Shown here one piece after another: positions 1 through 13,140 of a stretch of 64,000 nucleotides of DNA. Numbering within the stretch: the stretch's first letter is position 1; each line of letters starts with the position of its first letter. The stretch covers positions 26,226,001 to 26,290,000 of the forward strand of contig CATNEN010000001.1 in the NCBI GenBank assembly GCA_950097015.1, written 5' to 3'. Under the pieces are notes generated by a model. It saw only the letters and a list, made by a program, of their open reading frames with translations. It had not been told where the DNA came from and did no database searches. This stretch comes from Macrostomum hystrix. Its lineage: Eukaryota > Animalia > Platyhelminthes. A program made the translations under genes and the position numbers.

Positions 1-1042
1 TCTAGGGTCGGGATGAGGGATCTTGAATTGTGACAAGGACATTGGATCGGGATAAATGGACCTGGGGTCGGAATTTAAGACCTGGGATCGGGATTCGCGA
101 CAATATAGGGACTGGGATCGGTCAGTGATTGCGTTAAGTTTTCAACTAGCACAATCTATCCTACTTAGAGTAAGTGATCTGGTCAATAGATTAATGTCTT
201 TAGTTACAAAAAAGAAGACAAACGAGCTAAAGGCGTTTCATCTTAGATTTGTTTTTTTCCGACTTGCGCTTCGTGAGAAAAGCAAAAAATCTAAGACAGA
301 GACGGAGAGCAGAGGGCGGGAGAGAGGAACATTGAAGATAAAGCAAGTGCCGACTTAATAGAAAGTTTTATTTGAAACATTTTCATGTCAATCAAAAAAC
401 ACAAGTGAATGATATATGCATACTATACTACTCTAGACAATATACGCTTAAGTAGGCATTAATGCGAAACCAATAGAAAACGTGTTTACTTTCCAAAAAC
501 ATTGCAGATTAAATCCAAAATTTGGGGAGAAAACTTATCCGCCTAGCAACTCGCCCATTAAAACATGGGAAAAGACACCGCTACAATAACTATGTTGCTA
601 GTATTTTAAAATGAGACAGAGCAATAAAATTTTGTTTCAAGAAATTGTACGATTAACAATAATAAAGTGAAATTTAAAGAAATAAAACAGTTTTAAGTAA
701 ATAAACAATTGTTATATCTAGAATGGCAAACAGAACACACAGGATGCTTTTTTGTTCAAAATGTTCAAAATAGTAGAATAAGAAATCAGAGAAAATATTC
801 TACTGAATAAAGTCTCGAACTTGTTTAAAGAAGAAATGACAACACACACAGACACACACACACAGGCTGGGAGAACAGCTACAACACAGTGACAGAGTTC
901 AAGCTTAACTGGAATACAACTAAATCTTTGTGTGTCTTTTCCAATCCAGGCAACAGGACGGGGAGAATAAAAATTAGGAAGGCGGGCTTAGAAGAGCTAC
1001 AGAAACGACAACAGGGCTGAGGAGTTGGAACTGAGCGGAGGA

Positions 1043-4000
1043 TCAGAAATTGGAGCCTTCGGGAGGCTGCGACAGCTTGGCATTCTCTCTGGCGGTCATC
1101 TGGCGCCGCAGTTCCTGCAGCACAGTCTTGATGTGGTAGCCTCGGCGCCACTGGGCTAGGCAGGGCAGCTTCCTGGCGTCCACCAGGCCAGAGGTCTCGT
1201 GCACGCCGTTCATCTTGATGCGGCTGATGAAGCGCACACTGGGAGCCTGGACGAAATGGGGAACCATTAGGATATGGGCGATCCATTGAGTGATCAGATT
1301 GGGATATGGGCGATCCATTGAGTGATCAGATTGGGATATGGGCGATCCATTGATCAGGTAGGGATATGGGCGATCCATTGAGGGATCAGGTAGGGATATG
1401 GGCGATCCATTGAGGGATCAGATTGGGATATGGGCGATCCATTGATCAGGTAGGGATATGGGCGATCCATTGAGGGATCAGATTGGGATATGGGCGATCC
1501 ATTGATCAGGTAGGGATATGGGCGATCCATTGAGGGATCAGGTAGGGATATGGGCAATCCATTGAGGGATCAGATTGGGATATGGGCGATCCATTGATCA
1601 GGTAGGGATATGGGCGATCCATTGAGGGATCAGGTAGGGATATGGGCAATCCATTGAGGGATCAGATTGGGATATGGGCGATCCATTGAGTGATCAGGTA
1701 GGGATATTGGCGATCCATTGAGGGATCAGGTAGGGATATGGGCGATCCATTGAGTGATCAGGTAGGGATATTGGCGATCCATTGAGGGATCAGGTAGGGA
1801 AATGGGCGATCCATTGAGTGATCAGGTAGGGATATTGGCGATCCATTGAGTGATCAGGTAGGGATATGGGCAATCCATTGAGGGATCAGGTAGGGATATG
1901 GGCGATCCATTGAGGGATCAGGTAGGGATATGGGCGATCCATTGAGGGATCAGATTGGGATATGGGCGATCCATTGAGGGATCAGATTGGGATATGGGCG
2001 ATCCATTGAGGGATCAGATTGGGATATGGGCGATCCATTGAGGGATCAGGTAGGGATATGGGCGATCCATTGAGGGATCAGATTGGGATATGGGCGATCC
2101 ATTGAGGGATCAGATTGGGATATGGGCGATCCATTGAGGGATCAGGTAGGGATATGGGCGATCCATTGAGGGATCAGATTGGGATATGGGCGATCCATTG
2201 AGGGATCAGGTAGGGATATTGGCGATCCATTGAGGGATCAGGTAGGGATATGGGCGATCCATTGAGGGATCAGGTAGGGATATGGGCGATCCATTGAGGG
2301 ATCAGGTAGGGATATGGGCGATCCATTGAGGGATCAGGTAGGGATATGGGCGATCCATTGAGGGATCAGATTGGGATATCGGCGATCCATTGAAGCATAT
2401 AAAAAGTGAAGTAAAAGCTCACCTGCTCAGGATAATTAGCACCGCAGTTGATGTGCAGATTGTACATTCGATTGTCGTAGGGAGTCTTCGGTGGGCCGAG
2501 AATCATTCCAATCCAGTTTGTCAAGGTCTGGTCATTGTCATTCTCCAAGCCCCAGCTAATGGTGCCATCCTGGGTGCCTTTCTGGCCTTCGTCCAGCTCC
2601 TCTAACAGATAGAAGCTGCGCGGAACCTCAACTGTTGTTGAATATAAAAGGGTAGATGAAATAAGATTTGTTGATACTACTAATAGTATCAGTTCAGCAT
2701 ATCGGTATAATTTGATATAAGCTATTAATAGTATACCTCAATAGAACAATTCATTCTAATGTGGAGTTTTATTATACGAGATATACAACATGCTACTTAC
2801 AGACTATTTTATTACTTTTTAGTTAGACTTATATATTGTTGACATAGTTGCATAGGCACTAGAATGTGACAGGGTTCTTAACTATGTAGATTTTTTTAAT
2901 AGATCAAGACCTTAAAATATATATAATTTATGCACAATTTAACTTATACATAGAATTTTATTAACTCTTTCATAGTTGTTTTTTCACAAAAAAACATGTG
3001 CACCCCTGATTTAAAATGAAGGAATTGCTTTGCTTGTCAATGGGTCATTACTAAAGTGGCTGCTGCCAAACTGGGGCTGCTTCTGGGGTACAGAACTTGC
3101 CTATGGCAAATGTTTAATGTTCAGGGGAGATAAAAGCAAAATGAGCTGGTAAGTGGGATGAGCTGGTAAGTGGGAGGAGAAGTATTAGCAGATTTTCTGT
3201 GTTCTGACACACACCTAAAGTATATTGTACCCTGACCTTTTTGCCCGGCGGGCAGAAAGTCTTACCCGTTAATGGCCATAGATGAATTAATGCTCGGTAA
3301 TTTTCTTGCTGGCAGTTAAAAGCCATTAACCGCCTGCAAAAAGGCATCAACCAATAGGAATGGCTTACTGAGGCTAAAATGTCTATGGCACCCCAAAGTG
3401 GGGGCTCTGCCCCACACCCCTGTCTCTGACTCTGAAAGTATAGCTTGGGCAAAAACGTCTATGGTACAATAAAATTGATACCAAAGCTTTGCGGGCATCA
3501 TTGAAAAATCCTTGGGCGCCTAATGGCAGCCTCTGATTTTCCATTAATGCCCTTAAAGCATGGGTATTAATGGTATATTAACACCATGCCAAGAGGCGCC
3601 GGCTTCATCCCATCAATGCCTTTGGCCACATGATGTACTGGATTGCCCATTATTACCCCTGCTAAATTTTGATAGGTGACCATAGCCAGGAAGGTGTCGT
3701 GCACGCTAGAATTTTCCAGCGTGCACTTTGGACAGCACAAGGAATTCGGTGTGCATGGTGTGCATTTTAATGCATGTTGTATAGCAGCGTACATTCAGGT
3801 GTGCACATAAAGAATGACAAAAAAAGTTGGTGTACACAATTCATGGCAAGAAATTTTTCTCATGTGCATTTCTTTACTTAAAGCTTTTCAAGGCAGTTTT
3901 AATTTCTTAATTGAATATCATATAAGTTTCCAATGTTGCTTTATTACAACAACTGTTATCAAATTTGTCATTATCTTACAAAAAATAAAATTTAAATATG

Positions 4001-4707
4001 CCCATTGATTTAATTTTTACAATACCACATTACGAATACGACATTACCACATTCATGGAATTTTGTAAAGTCCATACACCAAGACCAATGACCAAGTCAA
4101 CTTAGTCAAGTCACCAATACCAACTGACCAGCTATTAATAATTCATTAGTTGTCATGGTGTGCATCCGGCCTGCATCGCTTTTGCCTTGGCGTGCACTGG
4201 CGTGCAAACAAAAAACTCTTGACTTTTGCTTCTGGCATGCACCTAGCATGATCCGGACTATGGATAGGCAACCCTGCAACATTTGATGCTTATCATATGA
4301 TTTTTTCCTATTGTTTCATTGTTTCCCATTGCTTCAAAATGATTTCCTAATGTATTCGCATCTATTTAAAACGAAACTTGTCAGAAAAATACAGTTTATC
4401 AAAAAATTCTAAAAATGCCTCTTTTTTAATCACAAGAGTTATATAATGTTCCAAAGCTTTTTAGCCCTAGACTCAGTGCACTTTCTCAATACCAAAATAA
4501 AAAAGAAAGTTAATGCGTTGCGTATTGTCCTATTATCATAATTTTAATGTGATTACATATCATAATCACATCTGAAGTACTGGATTTAAATATTCATTCT
4601 TATATCCACTTAACCCTCAATGCACTGCTATTAAAAACAACAAATGAACAAAAAATACTAATTTTGACAAGCAAAATGAAAACATCCTTACCATTGTTCC
4701 CTGCCAT
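1043..4707 (-). CDS. UBE2V: Ubiquitin-conjugating enzyme E2 variant (Uev1/Mms2), 3 exons: 4707-4692, 2631-2423, 1246-1043; 142 aa
   Basis: Spliced translation [62 protein letters not shown]...YPEQ|[15 protein letters not shown]...[10 protein letters not shown] matches UEV-family motifs (VPRxFxLLEEL, SWGL, GPPxTxYxNRxY, QPPEG). Donors GTAAG and GTGAG, AG acceptors, exon phases compatible. Confidence 0.93.
1268..2392. repeat. 32-bp minisatellite (gggatatgggcgatccattgagggatcaggta, with 28-bp variants) filling UBE2V intron 2
   Basis: About 35 directly visible tandem copies occupying nearly all of the 1176-bp intron. Confidence 0.97.
3224..3579. mobile_element. Dispersed repeat, second copy at 61314-61552; possibly a non-autonomous Crypton-associated element
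   Basis: attgtacc-tgacctttt...ggcgggcagaaagtctt...gctaaaatgtctatggcacccc and ctctgattttccatt...gcatgggtattaatggtatatt are near-identical in both copies, and both copies end at the same motif. Confidence 0.7.
3681..4262. mobile_element. MITE with CATAG...CTATG termini and subterminal GTGCA(C/T) repeats
   Basis: Left end catagccagga, right end catgatccggactatg (identical to the TIR at 23885-23900); flanks gataggtgac / gataggcaac form a degenerate TSD. Confidence 0.65.
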
Positions 4708-7700
4708 TAGAACGAAAATGAGTCTATTCAAAATTAGGATCAAATGAAGTTTCGCGAAATATTTTATTGTAAGAGCTCTTTGTCAATATAATTAAAACCG
4801 TTATTTCTTACAATATGTGATTTTAAAAATTTTTGCAGCATTGGTGTTTTTGGAAAATATATAGCAATAAGTATTCCTAAAATAGGACACAATATACTTT
4901 TTAAAGTTTTTTAAATCATAAAGTACTAACTTAGCTGATTGCTTTGTTTTACTTTTTGTTGATTCCGGATTCGATATTTTTGGAGCTTCAAACGTTAGCG
5001 TTAGCATGTTCATGTGTTTGTAATGCATGTTAGCATATTCGTATTTAGTAAAATTTGCTTCCGGCAATTCCTCCAGGTGCTCTATTTGCCATCTAGACGT
5101 ACATTCCTGTCTCGTATGTCCTGATGATTTACGTTCTCACAAAGAGCCCTATTTTTTCGATCCCGTGTTTCTTTTCCCGATTTCAGGTCCATTCTTCCCA
5201 TTAATTTATTTCATCATTATCCAACGTCACTAACTATCCTATAGTCTAACCGTAGACCAAGTAATATAACGTCCGGAATAAAACATGCCTAGTAAGGTAA
5301 GCTGCCCGAGGTAAGCGACCCAGTTTCATTAACCCCAAGGCTCCAGGGCGCTTCTGTAATCCCATTTTTTACTTTAGAATAGACTAAAAACAATTTTCGC
5401 ATTCTATTTCTTTCTATGGTTAAAAGTGTTGGTCTGGCGGGTGCCGAAAGTCGATTACTGTTGTTTTTCAAATTGTGTACTTTTATAGTAAATTTGTAAT
5501 TTTTATGCTTTTCAGTTTTTGGAAAAATCTTACTTCTAAGCTATACTTTACAAGCTTTCAAACATCTGTTCTTTAAACTACGATGAAGGCAGAGATAAAA
5601 TACTAGACTAGAATAGATCTGGCAGCTATATAATAGAATATAGAACCAGCATTAAATATATGGCTTATTGATAATTGATGGAGAATATATACCAGAGCTG
5701 TACAGAAAATACAATCACCTCAAACGTTTTTAAACGATAACTTTTACTTGTTTTATTGTTTTTACACATTTGCTGCCGAAATAAAAAAATACCGTTTCCT
5801 AGCTATAAGCATGATAAATTACGACAGAACGGGCGGGCGGGGCAGGGTAGGATATGGGATTGTGCTCACGGCGATCTATCTCAGCAAAAGTGCAGTTGGA
5901 GAAGTTGAATCTCATCTTAAACACTGTCATCAATGACACAGCATTATAAGTGTTTTTAGCTTGACGAGATACAACCCTCTCCACTGGACTTGCGAGATAA
6001 TTTGTTTTGAATTGAAAGATTCTGTGCTGAATAAAGATTTCTATGCTAGGCTAAACTCACTTTTAGCTGGTCTGGTTTGCTTCAAGCTTGACGCCTCGTA
6101 TGAAGAAAGAGCGAAAGCAGTTGACAAATATACAAGTTGGAGCCTCACTCGAGCCTGTCCTTCCTTTCTAGCTTCTAGGCCCTGGCCATAGACAATTTAC
6201 GAGGGAGCGAGCCAAGCCCGATCTTTACGGTCTGTGAGTTATCGATCGATAAACTGGCTCCTTTTCGCAGACTTTGTCCATAAACTAAAAGTTTCAGAGT
6301 AATATGCTTAACCTTGTTTTGATCGATAATCTTCGTGATATGAATGGAAGACTGTGGAGCTAAAAGCCAGACTGGGCTCTCCTCTGGGACTGAGACGACA
6401 AAATGGGACTTACTCGAAGAAGGGGTCTGATTTTTATGCACGTTCGCGGGGCCTGCCGCGGAGGTGGGTGTGTGGTCCAGATAAGATAAGGCGCGCGGTG
6501 GGGGGCGGGGGGGGGGTTGAGGTTAGGGCCCATTCAACATGAAACAAGAACATGACTCTGGTTCCTCATTCAGCCGTTCCGCTGCGATATCTCACATTCT
6601 CTTTCCTTCCGCTTTTTAAAATTAATATTCGTGCAAGTCTGGAAACCTCACTCACGTCACAGCTAGACAAGCTATATTATTTAGCATTCGATTAAGAAAA
6701 GGACAAGCACTTGTGCCTTAGTTTAGTTTTGCAAGAAAAGGCCAAACGATATGATCAGTGCAGTGGCACACTGGCAAGGGACAAGGGTGGTTGGCTTGTT
6801 TACAATGTTTTTGTTTCTGTTTCAGTCATTCCCTAAGTCCCACTATTCTATCCTCTGCCGTGCCCGTGCCTATTGGGCCGTCCGGTTAGTACTTGTTTTG
6901 CTTGGAAAAGGCAGACTTTTGTACCAAAATCCAAAACCTTGTAGTGTTTGTAGTTGTAAATGTTACCTATATCGAGTTACAATTTAATTTGTTTTTTTTA
7001 GTAAAAACTTCTCTAAACTTCTCATGCTCAAGATAAATAGCTACCTTTTAAGTCCAAATGACCACAATAGATGCAAAATCTCATGTGCGAAGACACTACC
7101 TGCCGGTTCTCATGCAGATAACTGATAAGCGATAAAGGCAGCCTATTTCTCCGAATCTCTGGGCTCATCTATTCTTTTAGTCGCTTTCTGCTTGTTGACT
7201 TTTAGCGCTGCGACTCTTGTGCTTATCTTGTCAATTCTCAAGCAGGGATCGGGAACAAGTTAAACAACTTAGCGAGCATTATTTTTCTGTGCTTTCTGCT
7301 GCAGCAGATTTGCAGCAGAAGCAGACTGTTATCAAATCAAACAAGTTTTACAGATAGTTACTCTAAGCAAACTAAGCAAAAATCTTTCTGCTCAAATAAA
7401 CCATAAAATCACAGACCGAATCGTGTCCCCAACAAGAGCAATATTTTAAAGGCTAGAATTCTCTCCGATTGTTATCAGAGGTGAAAAAATCATTGGCAGA
7501 AGAAAAACGTCAATTTCCTGGGAAAGCGAGACGAAGTGAATCAGCGCTGTTTCAAATATTTTTTTGTTTTCTTTATGCTCTCCCAATTTATTCGAGTTTT
7601 TAAGACCACAGAATATTACATCAACATGTAACTTCATATTAAATGTAATCAATTTCATTGTAAGACCACCGATATTATATAACTGGGCAACAATCAAAAG

Positions 7701-7885
7701 ATATTTGCACCTTCTACTCGTACTTATTCTAATTTTCTGTGTCCTAAAGTATATAAGAGCGATTCGGCTGGATATATTGACAACAGGTATTGGACAGCAA
7801 GAGAAGGATTAAACAATGTACCAGAGAAAGTAATTAAAAAAGGACAGGAATTAGTTCGCTTGAAAATTGCTTGAAAATCTTAAAG

Positions 7886-8552
7886 GAGGGGTTGGTAAAC
7901 TCCGGCCAGCGGGCCAGATGCGGCCCTCGAAGCTCCCAAATCCGACCCATTGCCCCATCCTACCATCCTATACAGTATCCTGTTAATCTTTCCCCTGTCT
8001 CGTCTCTCTTGTGTCCAATCTATCCCGTGTCTCATCTATCCCGTGTCTCATCTATCCCGTGTCTCATCTATCCCGTGTCTCATCTATCCCGTGTCTCATC
8101 TATCCCGTGTCTCATCTATCCCGTGTCTCATCTATCCCGTGTCTCATCTATCCCGTGTCTCATCTATCCCGTGTCTCATCTATCCCGTGTCTCATCTATA
8201 CCGTGTCTCATCTATCCCGTGTCTCATCTATCCCGTGTCTCATCTATCCCGTGTCTCATCTATCCCGTGTCTCATCTATCCCGTGTCTCATCTATCCCGT
8301 GTCTCATCTATCCCGTGTCTCATCTATCCCGTGTCTCATCTATCCCGTGTCTCATCTATCCCGTGTCTCATCTATCCCGTGTCTCATCTATCCCGTGTCT
8401 CATCTATCCCGTGTCTCATCTATCCTGTGTCTCATCTCTCCCGTGCCTTATCCCTCCTGTGTCTCATCTCTCCCGTGCCTTATCCCTCCTGTGTCTCATC
8501 TCTACAGTGTCTCACCTCCCCTTGTCAATGCGGCCCGCTGTCAATGCGGCCC
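7886..8552 (+). mobile_element. hAT (Buster/Charlie-type) MITE copy 1 with internal homogeneous 16-bp minisatellite
   Basis: 5' end aggggttggtaaactccggccagcgggccagatgcggccctcgaagctcccaaatcc is shared with copies at 12156 and 22543; (ccgtgtctcatctatc)n at ~8015-8430; 3' gtcaatgcggcccgctgtc; right TIR not seen. Confidence 0.75.
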
Positions 8553-8909
8553 GATGAGACATAGACAGATCACAACGGGGTCGCTCAGAAGAACACACAG
8601 CCCGAACGGTGCAGCTCAAATCGAAAGGGCTAAAACACCATCCGACTGCTATGTGCACTCTAAAGTCTAAGAGCGAAAACAGCGGAGGCTTGTAAAAAAG
8701 CGATGCTAGATTGGGTCCACTCACTCAAGCTGTTAGAATTGAGGCAGTTTGCGACATAGAATAACTTTCCCTGGCTCCTTTTTGCTCGGCTAGATGAAAG
8801 CAGCTTTTCGCTTCTTTTTGCTCTACGCACTCAATAAGGCGCTCCTGCCATCTGACCTCCATTCTCAAACTTATTAATCGAAATCCAGCCGTAAAAGTAC
8901 AAGAAAACC

Positions 8910-9815
8910 ATGCCGACAAGTTTTTCCGACTCCCCCGAGCTACCAAAATCTTCAAAAAAGCCCACAAAGCAGAAGAGAGCCAACTGGCAGAAGCTGCGAC
9001 AGGAAAGAAATAAGTTGGCGAATACATCATCAGGCGTTTCAAAACCGATCAGCAAGGCGCACCCATCCCAAAATAATCTTGGGTACAAGGAGATAACAAT
9101 AAATAATTCAATCGAGAGTCCGTTAAAGAGTCCAGACACTATAGCGAGCCAACCAACAACAGCACACTGTGAGCGGCGAACATTCAAGAAGGTATCAGCT
9201 AAGCCAGTGAAAGCCTATCTAACAAAACCGCTGTGCCTCTACCAACTAGTGGCGTCGACATCTGGACCCTCTCCCTCTGCGGCAGGCGACCACCTACATA
9301 GCGTTTATAAAACGCAGGATTGTCGTCGGTCGCCTCGCAAGCTTCTACGTCCATTGCGTCGGCTGGAGGCGCTAGACTTCGACGGCCAACCGGTGCCTAC
9401 GCTAGGTCGGATGCGGCTTGCCGTCACCGACGAGGACGAGAGACAAATGCGCTGGCATCAGCTGTGCTTGGTCTGCCACAAGCAGCTCCATTCGCCAAGC
9501 CAGCTGTTTGCCCACCTGGAGGCTCACAACCTGATCCTTAACCGCGCCTCACGCAAGCTGCTGGCTGGCCGCATTCGCTGCTGCCTGTGCCTGGAGCTTC
9601 TGTTGACATGGAAGCGGCTGCACACGCACATGCAGCGCCACACCGGCTACCAGCCACACCGCTGCCGCCACTGCGCAGAGACCTTCAGCTCCAGCGGCAA
9701 TCTCAAGCGGCATATGGGCAGGAAGCATGGCAGCAGCCTTGAAACTGCTGACTCTCCTGACGATTGCGATGCGGAACGCCACGAGCTGCAGGTCAACGAG
9801 CAGGAGTCGGATTAG
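8910..9815 (+). CDS. C2H2 zinc-finger protein, single exon, 301 aa
   Basis: Three C2H2 fingers: CLVC...HLEAH, CCLC...HMQRH, then the HTGYQPHRC linker to CRHC..FSSSGNLKRHMGRKH. 3' half has coding-like GC content. Confidence 0.85.
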   Translation: MPTSFSDSPELPKSSKKPTKQKRANWQKLRQERNKLANTSSGVSKPISKAHPSQNNLGYKEITINNSIESPLKSPDTIASQPTTAHCERRTFKKVSAKPVKAYLTKPLCLYQLVASTSGPSPSAAGDHLHSVYKTQDCRRSPRKLLRPLRRLEALDFDGQPVPTLGRMRLAVTDEDERQMRWHQLCLVCHKQLHSPSQLFAHLEAHNLILNRASRKLLAGRIRCCLCLELLLTWKRLHTHMQRHTGYQPHRCRHCAETFSSSGNLKRHMGRKHGSSLETADSPDDCDAERHELQVNEQESD

Positions 9816-10170
9816 ATAGACAAGAAATCAAATCAAAATTTCGACTTTTAATACGCTTTATCCCGAACAAAAGGGCGATTCTTTGCTTAATTGCGAATCG
9901 TTGTTTTCTGGAACCTTCCGGCTGCTTGTTTTCGTGTTAAAATCTTTTGGTGTTTATTATACTAATCAAATTTAATATGGCGAAGAAGGTAAAATTCAAA
10001 ACTAAATATTGGACTCGTTTGTCTTTTATGGCTGTAAACTTCACAAAATAAAGAATTTAGAAAGTAACATTTGCCCAATAACGTATTATTGTATTTTTGA
10101 AATAATTGAAATGCATTGAGTGTTTTCATATTAAAATATAGAAAATGTAACTACAGAATTCAACAATATA

Positions 10171-10330
10171 GTGGACCAGAGTGGATAGAGAAGGACCGCA
10201 GTGGATAGAGAAGGACCAGAGTGGATAGAGAAGGACCAGAGTGGATAGAGAAGGATCGGAGTGGGTAGAGGAGGACCAGAGTAGGTAGGGAAGACCCAGA
10301 GTGGATAAAGAGGATTATAGAGTTCTCAAA
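10171..10330. repeat. 20-bp tandem repeat (gtggatagagaaggaccaga), degenerating towards the 3' end
   Basis: About 7 visible units. Confidence 0.85.
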
Positions 10331-10678
10331 GAAGGATTAGAAAGGGTAAAGAAGGATCTCTTATCAGACTCGACAAGGAAGGACTTATAAAATGAATAAA
10401 GAAGGACAAGAAGCAGAAGGGATGTACCAACCCATTGGTTCAGCTACAGGTTACTAATTAACAGGTAAATATAAACTTTATTGACGTATCTGTACCGTTA
10501 ATTTTTTTGCTTAACTGGAACTTTAAAAAAGGCAAATTAATCTATATATATAGATTTTTTACTTATTTACACATCGTAACCATAGACGTACAAAAAGTAA
10601 GATTTTTTACGTGAATTGCCTTTGCATATTCATTGCATCCCGTGATTTGTTTAACTTCGACGAATTCAGCTAACCAGA

Positions 10679-11080
10679 ATGTCAACAGTTCAGGTTTCCC
10701 CCATTCGAGTGTTGCAGCGTCGGCTGGCGGACGCTCGTCAGTACTATCTGCGCAAGCAGCTCTGGCAGGAACGTCGGGCGCGGATGCTGGCCGCGGCTGC
10801 AGCTTCGGCTAAGCCCAGCAGCAATGCTGAGACTCGCAGCCGTCAGAAGTGCAACTGCGCTGTCTGCACTTGCCCATGTCAATCCTCGGGACAGAAGAAG
10901 CTCGCAAAGCAGCCTCCGATCGAGTTCAATTTCGGAAAGTCGGAAAATTTCAAACGACTGCGCCAGATGAACGACCTGGCCGAGTCGCTGGCCGCTGATC
11001 CGAACAGGGCGCGGCAAGAGAGGCTGATGCTGCGGCTAGCGGCGTCAAGAGCTAGACGCGGTGGTGGTCAGGAAATTTGA
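10679..11080 (+). CDS. Uncharacterised basic 133-aa protein
   Basis: GC-rich, coding-like ATG-to-TGA ORF in AT-rich flanks; contains a Cys cluster CNCAVCTCPC; no recognised family. Confidence 0.55.
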   Translation: MSTVQVSPIRVLQRRLADARQYYLRKQLWQERRARMLAAAAASAKPSSNAETRSRQKCNCAVCTCPCQSSGQKKLAKQPPIEFNFGKSENFKRLRQMNDLAESLAADPNRARQERLMLRLAASRARRGGGQEI

Positions 11081-11253
11081 AGGCGCGGATAATCATTTTG
11101 CAGGAATTTTTAACGTGAGAAATTCTGATGTACGTGTGTATGCATGTATTTATCAGCATAAATATATAGCGTATCTTAAAAGCTTTCTATAAAATTAGCT
11201 CACTTGGCCATAATTTGGAATTAACGAAGACTTTTAATTGCAGTCCCATAGGG

Positions 11254-11415
11254 CAGTGGCGTAGCCAAGTGGATTCAAGGGGGTCATGATGCCAGACGCC
11301 AGAATTATTTAGGTTTGATGCTGCTAACTCAATGGACATGCAATGATCAGTGTGGTACAGGCCCATGGGGCTGTCGTCTATGACCCCAAGACTAAAAATC
11401 CTGGCTACGAATATG
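11254..11415. mobile_element. Short degenerate hAT-like MITE
   Basis: Imperfect inverted ends cagtggcgtagcca ... tggctacgaatatg; TSD not convincing. Confidence 0.4.
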
Positions 11416-11814
11416 GCATAATTTAATAAAATTTGAAAATATTTACACTTAAACGCAGGATGGTCGAAATTAATTAATTTAAAAGAAAAAATTAACTTTA
11501 TAATAAAAACAACGCGTTATTGGTCCATTTATTTAAGTGGTTACGAAAAACCCTTTCAGCAAGCGTGGTTCTCGACATTTTTACCGATTGTAATTGCCGG
11601 CAATTGGTAAAAGAAGAAATGAGAAATAAAAAAAGTTATTTTCTGAGGCAGAAATTCGCGCTCGCATTAAGGGAGTATTTCTCGCGGTCGCGATCAAGAT
11701 GATGTTCTTTGCTCTTCTTTTTAAACAAAATGTGAGATCCTGTCTGCAAACAATAAAATAAATATGCATGGGAGTGAGTCACATTGGTGAGAATCGAGTA
11801 GCAAACTTCTTTAA

Positions 11815-11972
11815 CACTAGAACTATCAGGGGGGGATTTCCTCCTGACAATTTTTTTGCTGCACCTGAACAGAGCAACGCAAGCACACGAAACTGAAAAA
11901 TACGTGCCAAATTTTTTTGCGCATCTTCTGAAACAAGAACCAAGTCGCCAGCTCTTCAGATCGTCGAGATAT
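11815..11972 (+). mobile_element. Truncated copy of the TTAA-target MITE at 32633
   Basis: ttaa|cactagaactatcagggggg...gcgcatcttctgaaacaa...cagctcttcagatcgtcgagata aligns with 32633-32780. Confidence 0.7.
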
Positions 11973-12155
11973 TCCATGGTTCTGGCCGAAGGTCAGATTT
12001 TTCCCGTAAGCGCTAGTGTATTTCATACACCTCTATACACGAATTTGCACTGCGCCTCAATGCGGCCTTTCCAGACCTTCAAACTTTTTCAGCATGTCAC
12101 CCGAATGTGCTTGCATTATCTCCGTCTTCGGTGGTCACTTACCCTTTATCTAGAT

Positions 12156-12830
12156 CAGGGGTCGGCAAACTCCGGCCCGCGAGCCAGATGCGGCCCTCAA
12201 AGCTCCCAAATCCGGCCCGTTGCCCCTTCCGACACCTATTGTATACAGTTTCATCTTTCCCCTGCCTCATCTCTCCCGTGTGTCGCCTTTCCCCCTATCT
12301 TATCTCTCCCGTGTGTCTCGTCTCTCCCGTGTCTTATCTCTCCATTTTCTCGTCTGTTCCGTGCCTTGTCTCTCCTATGTCTCACCTCTCCTGTGTCTTA
12401 TCTCTCCCGTGTCTCCATCTCTCCCGTATGTCATCTCTCCCATGTATCGTCTCTCACGTGTCTCATCTCTCCATTGTCTCATCTCTTCCGTGTCTTATCT
12501 CTCCATTGTCTCGTCTCTCCCATGTCTTATCTCTCCATTGTCTCATCTCTCCCGTGTCTTATCTCTCCATTGTCTCGTCTCTCCCGTGTCTTGTCTCTCC
12601 TTTGTCTCACCTCTCCTGTGTCTTATCTCTCACGTGTCTCATCTCTCCCGTATGTCATCTCTCCCATGTCTCGTCTCTCCAGTGTCTCATCTATCCAGTG
12701 TCTCATCTCGCCATTGTCTCGTCTCTCCTGTACCTTATCTCTCCTTTGTCTCATCTCTCTCGTGTCTCATCTCTTCTCTCTCTCATCTCTCCTGTTTCTC
12801 AGCTCTCCCCTATCTCTGATATATATCTTT
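12156..12830 (+). mobile_element. hAT (Buster-type) MITE copy 2 with diverged internal minisatellite
   Basis: atctagat|caggggtcggcaaactccggcccgcgagccagatgcggccc followed by ~16-bp tgtctcatctctccc-type units. Confidence 0.75.
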
Positions 12831-13140
12831 TAGATTTCTACAGTCTATAGCATGATATACTACTTACCATCTTCAATTCAGTACAAGTATGAAGGAAAAA
12901 AAACGACTATGCCCCACAATTCATTGAAGCATCTAATAGTAGAGTAGAGTCCTTGAGGTGACTCAAATTTATACGCTGTCAAACTTCAGTATAACTAATT
13001 AAAGCCTTTTTTAGCTAACATCACTACCTCATTAGGCACTGAGGCAATGTAAAACAAAAGCATTTACTTTATAAAGTGGAGCACAAGACATACTTTAAAG
13101 TTGCGAAGTAATAATGGTATAGGATTAAACTTATTTTATT

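Noticed and set aside
6440-6520. GC-rich island with G-runs as a promoter or G-quadruplex
   Set aside because: No linked transcript or other supporting evidence visible.
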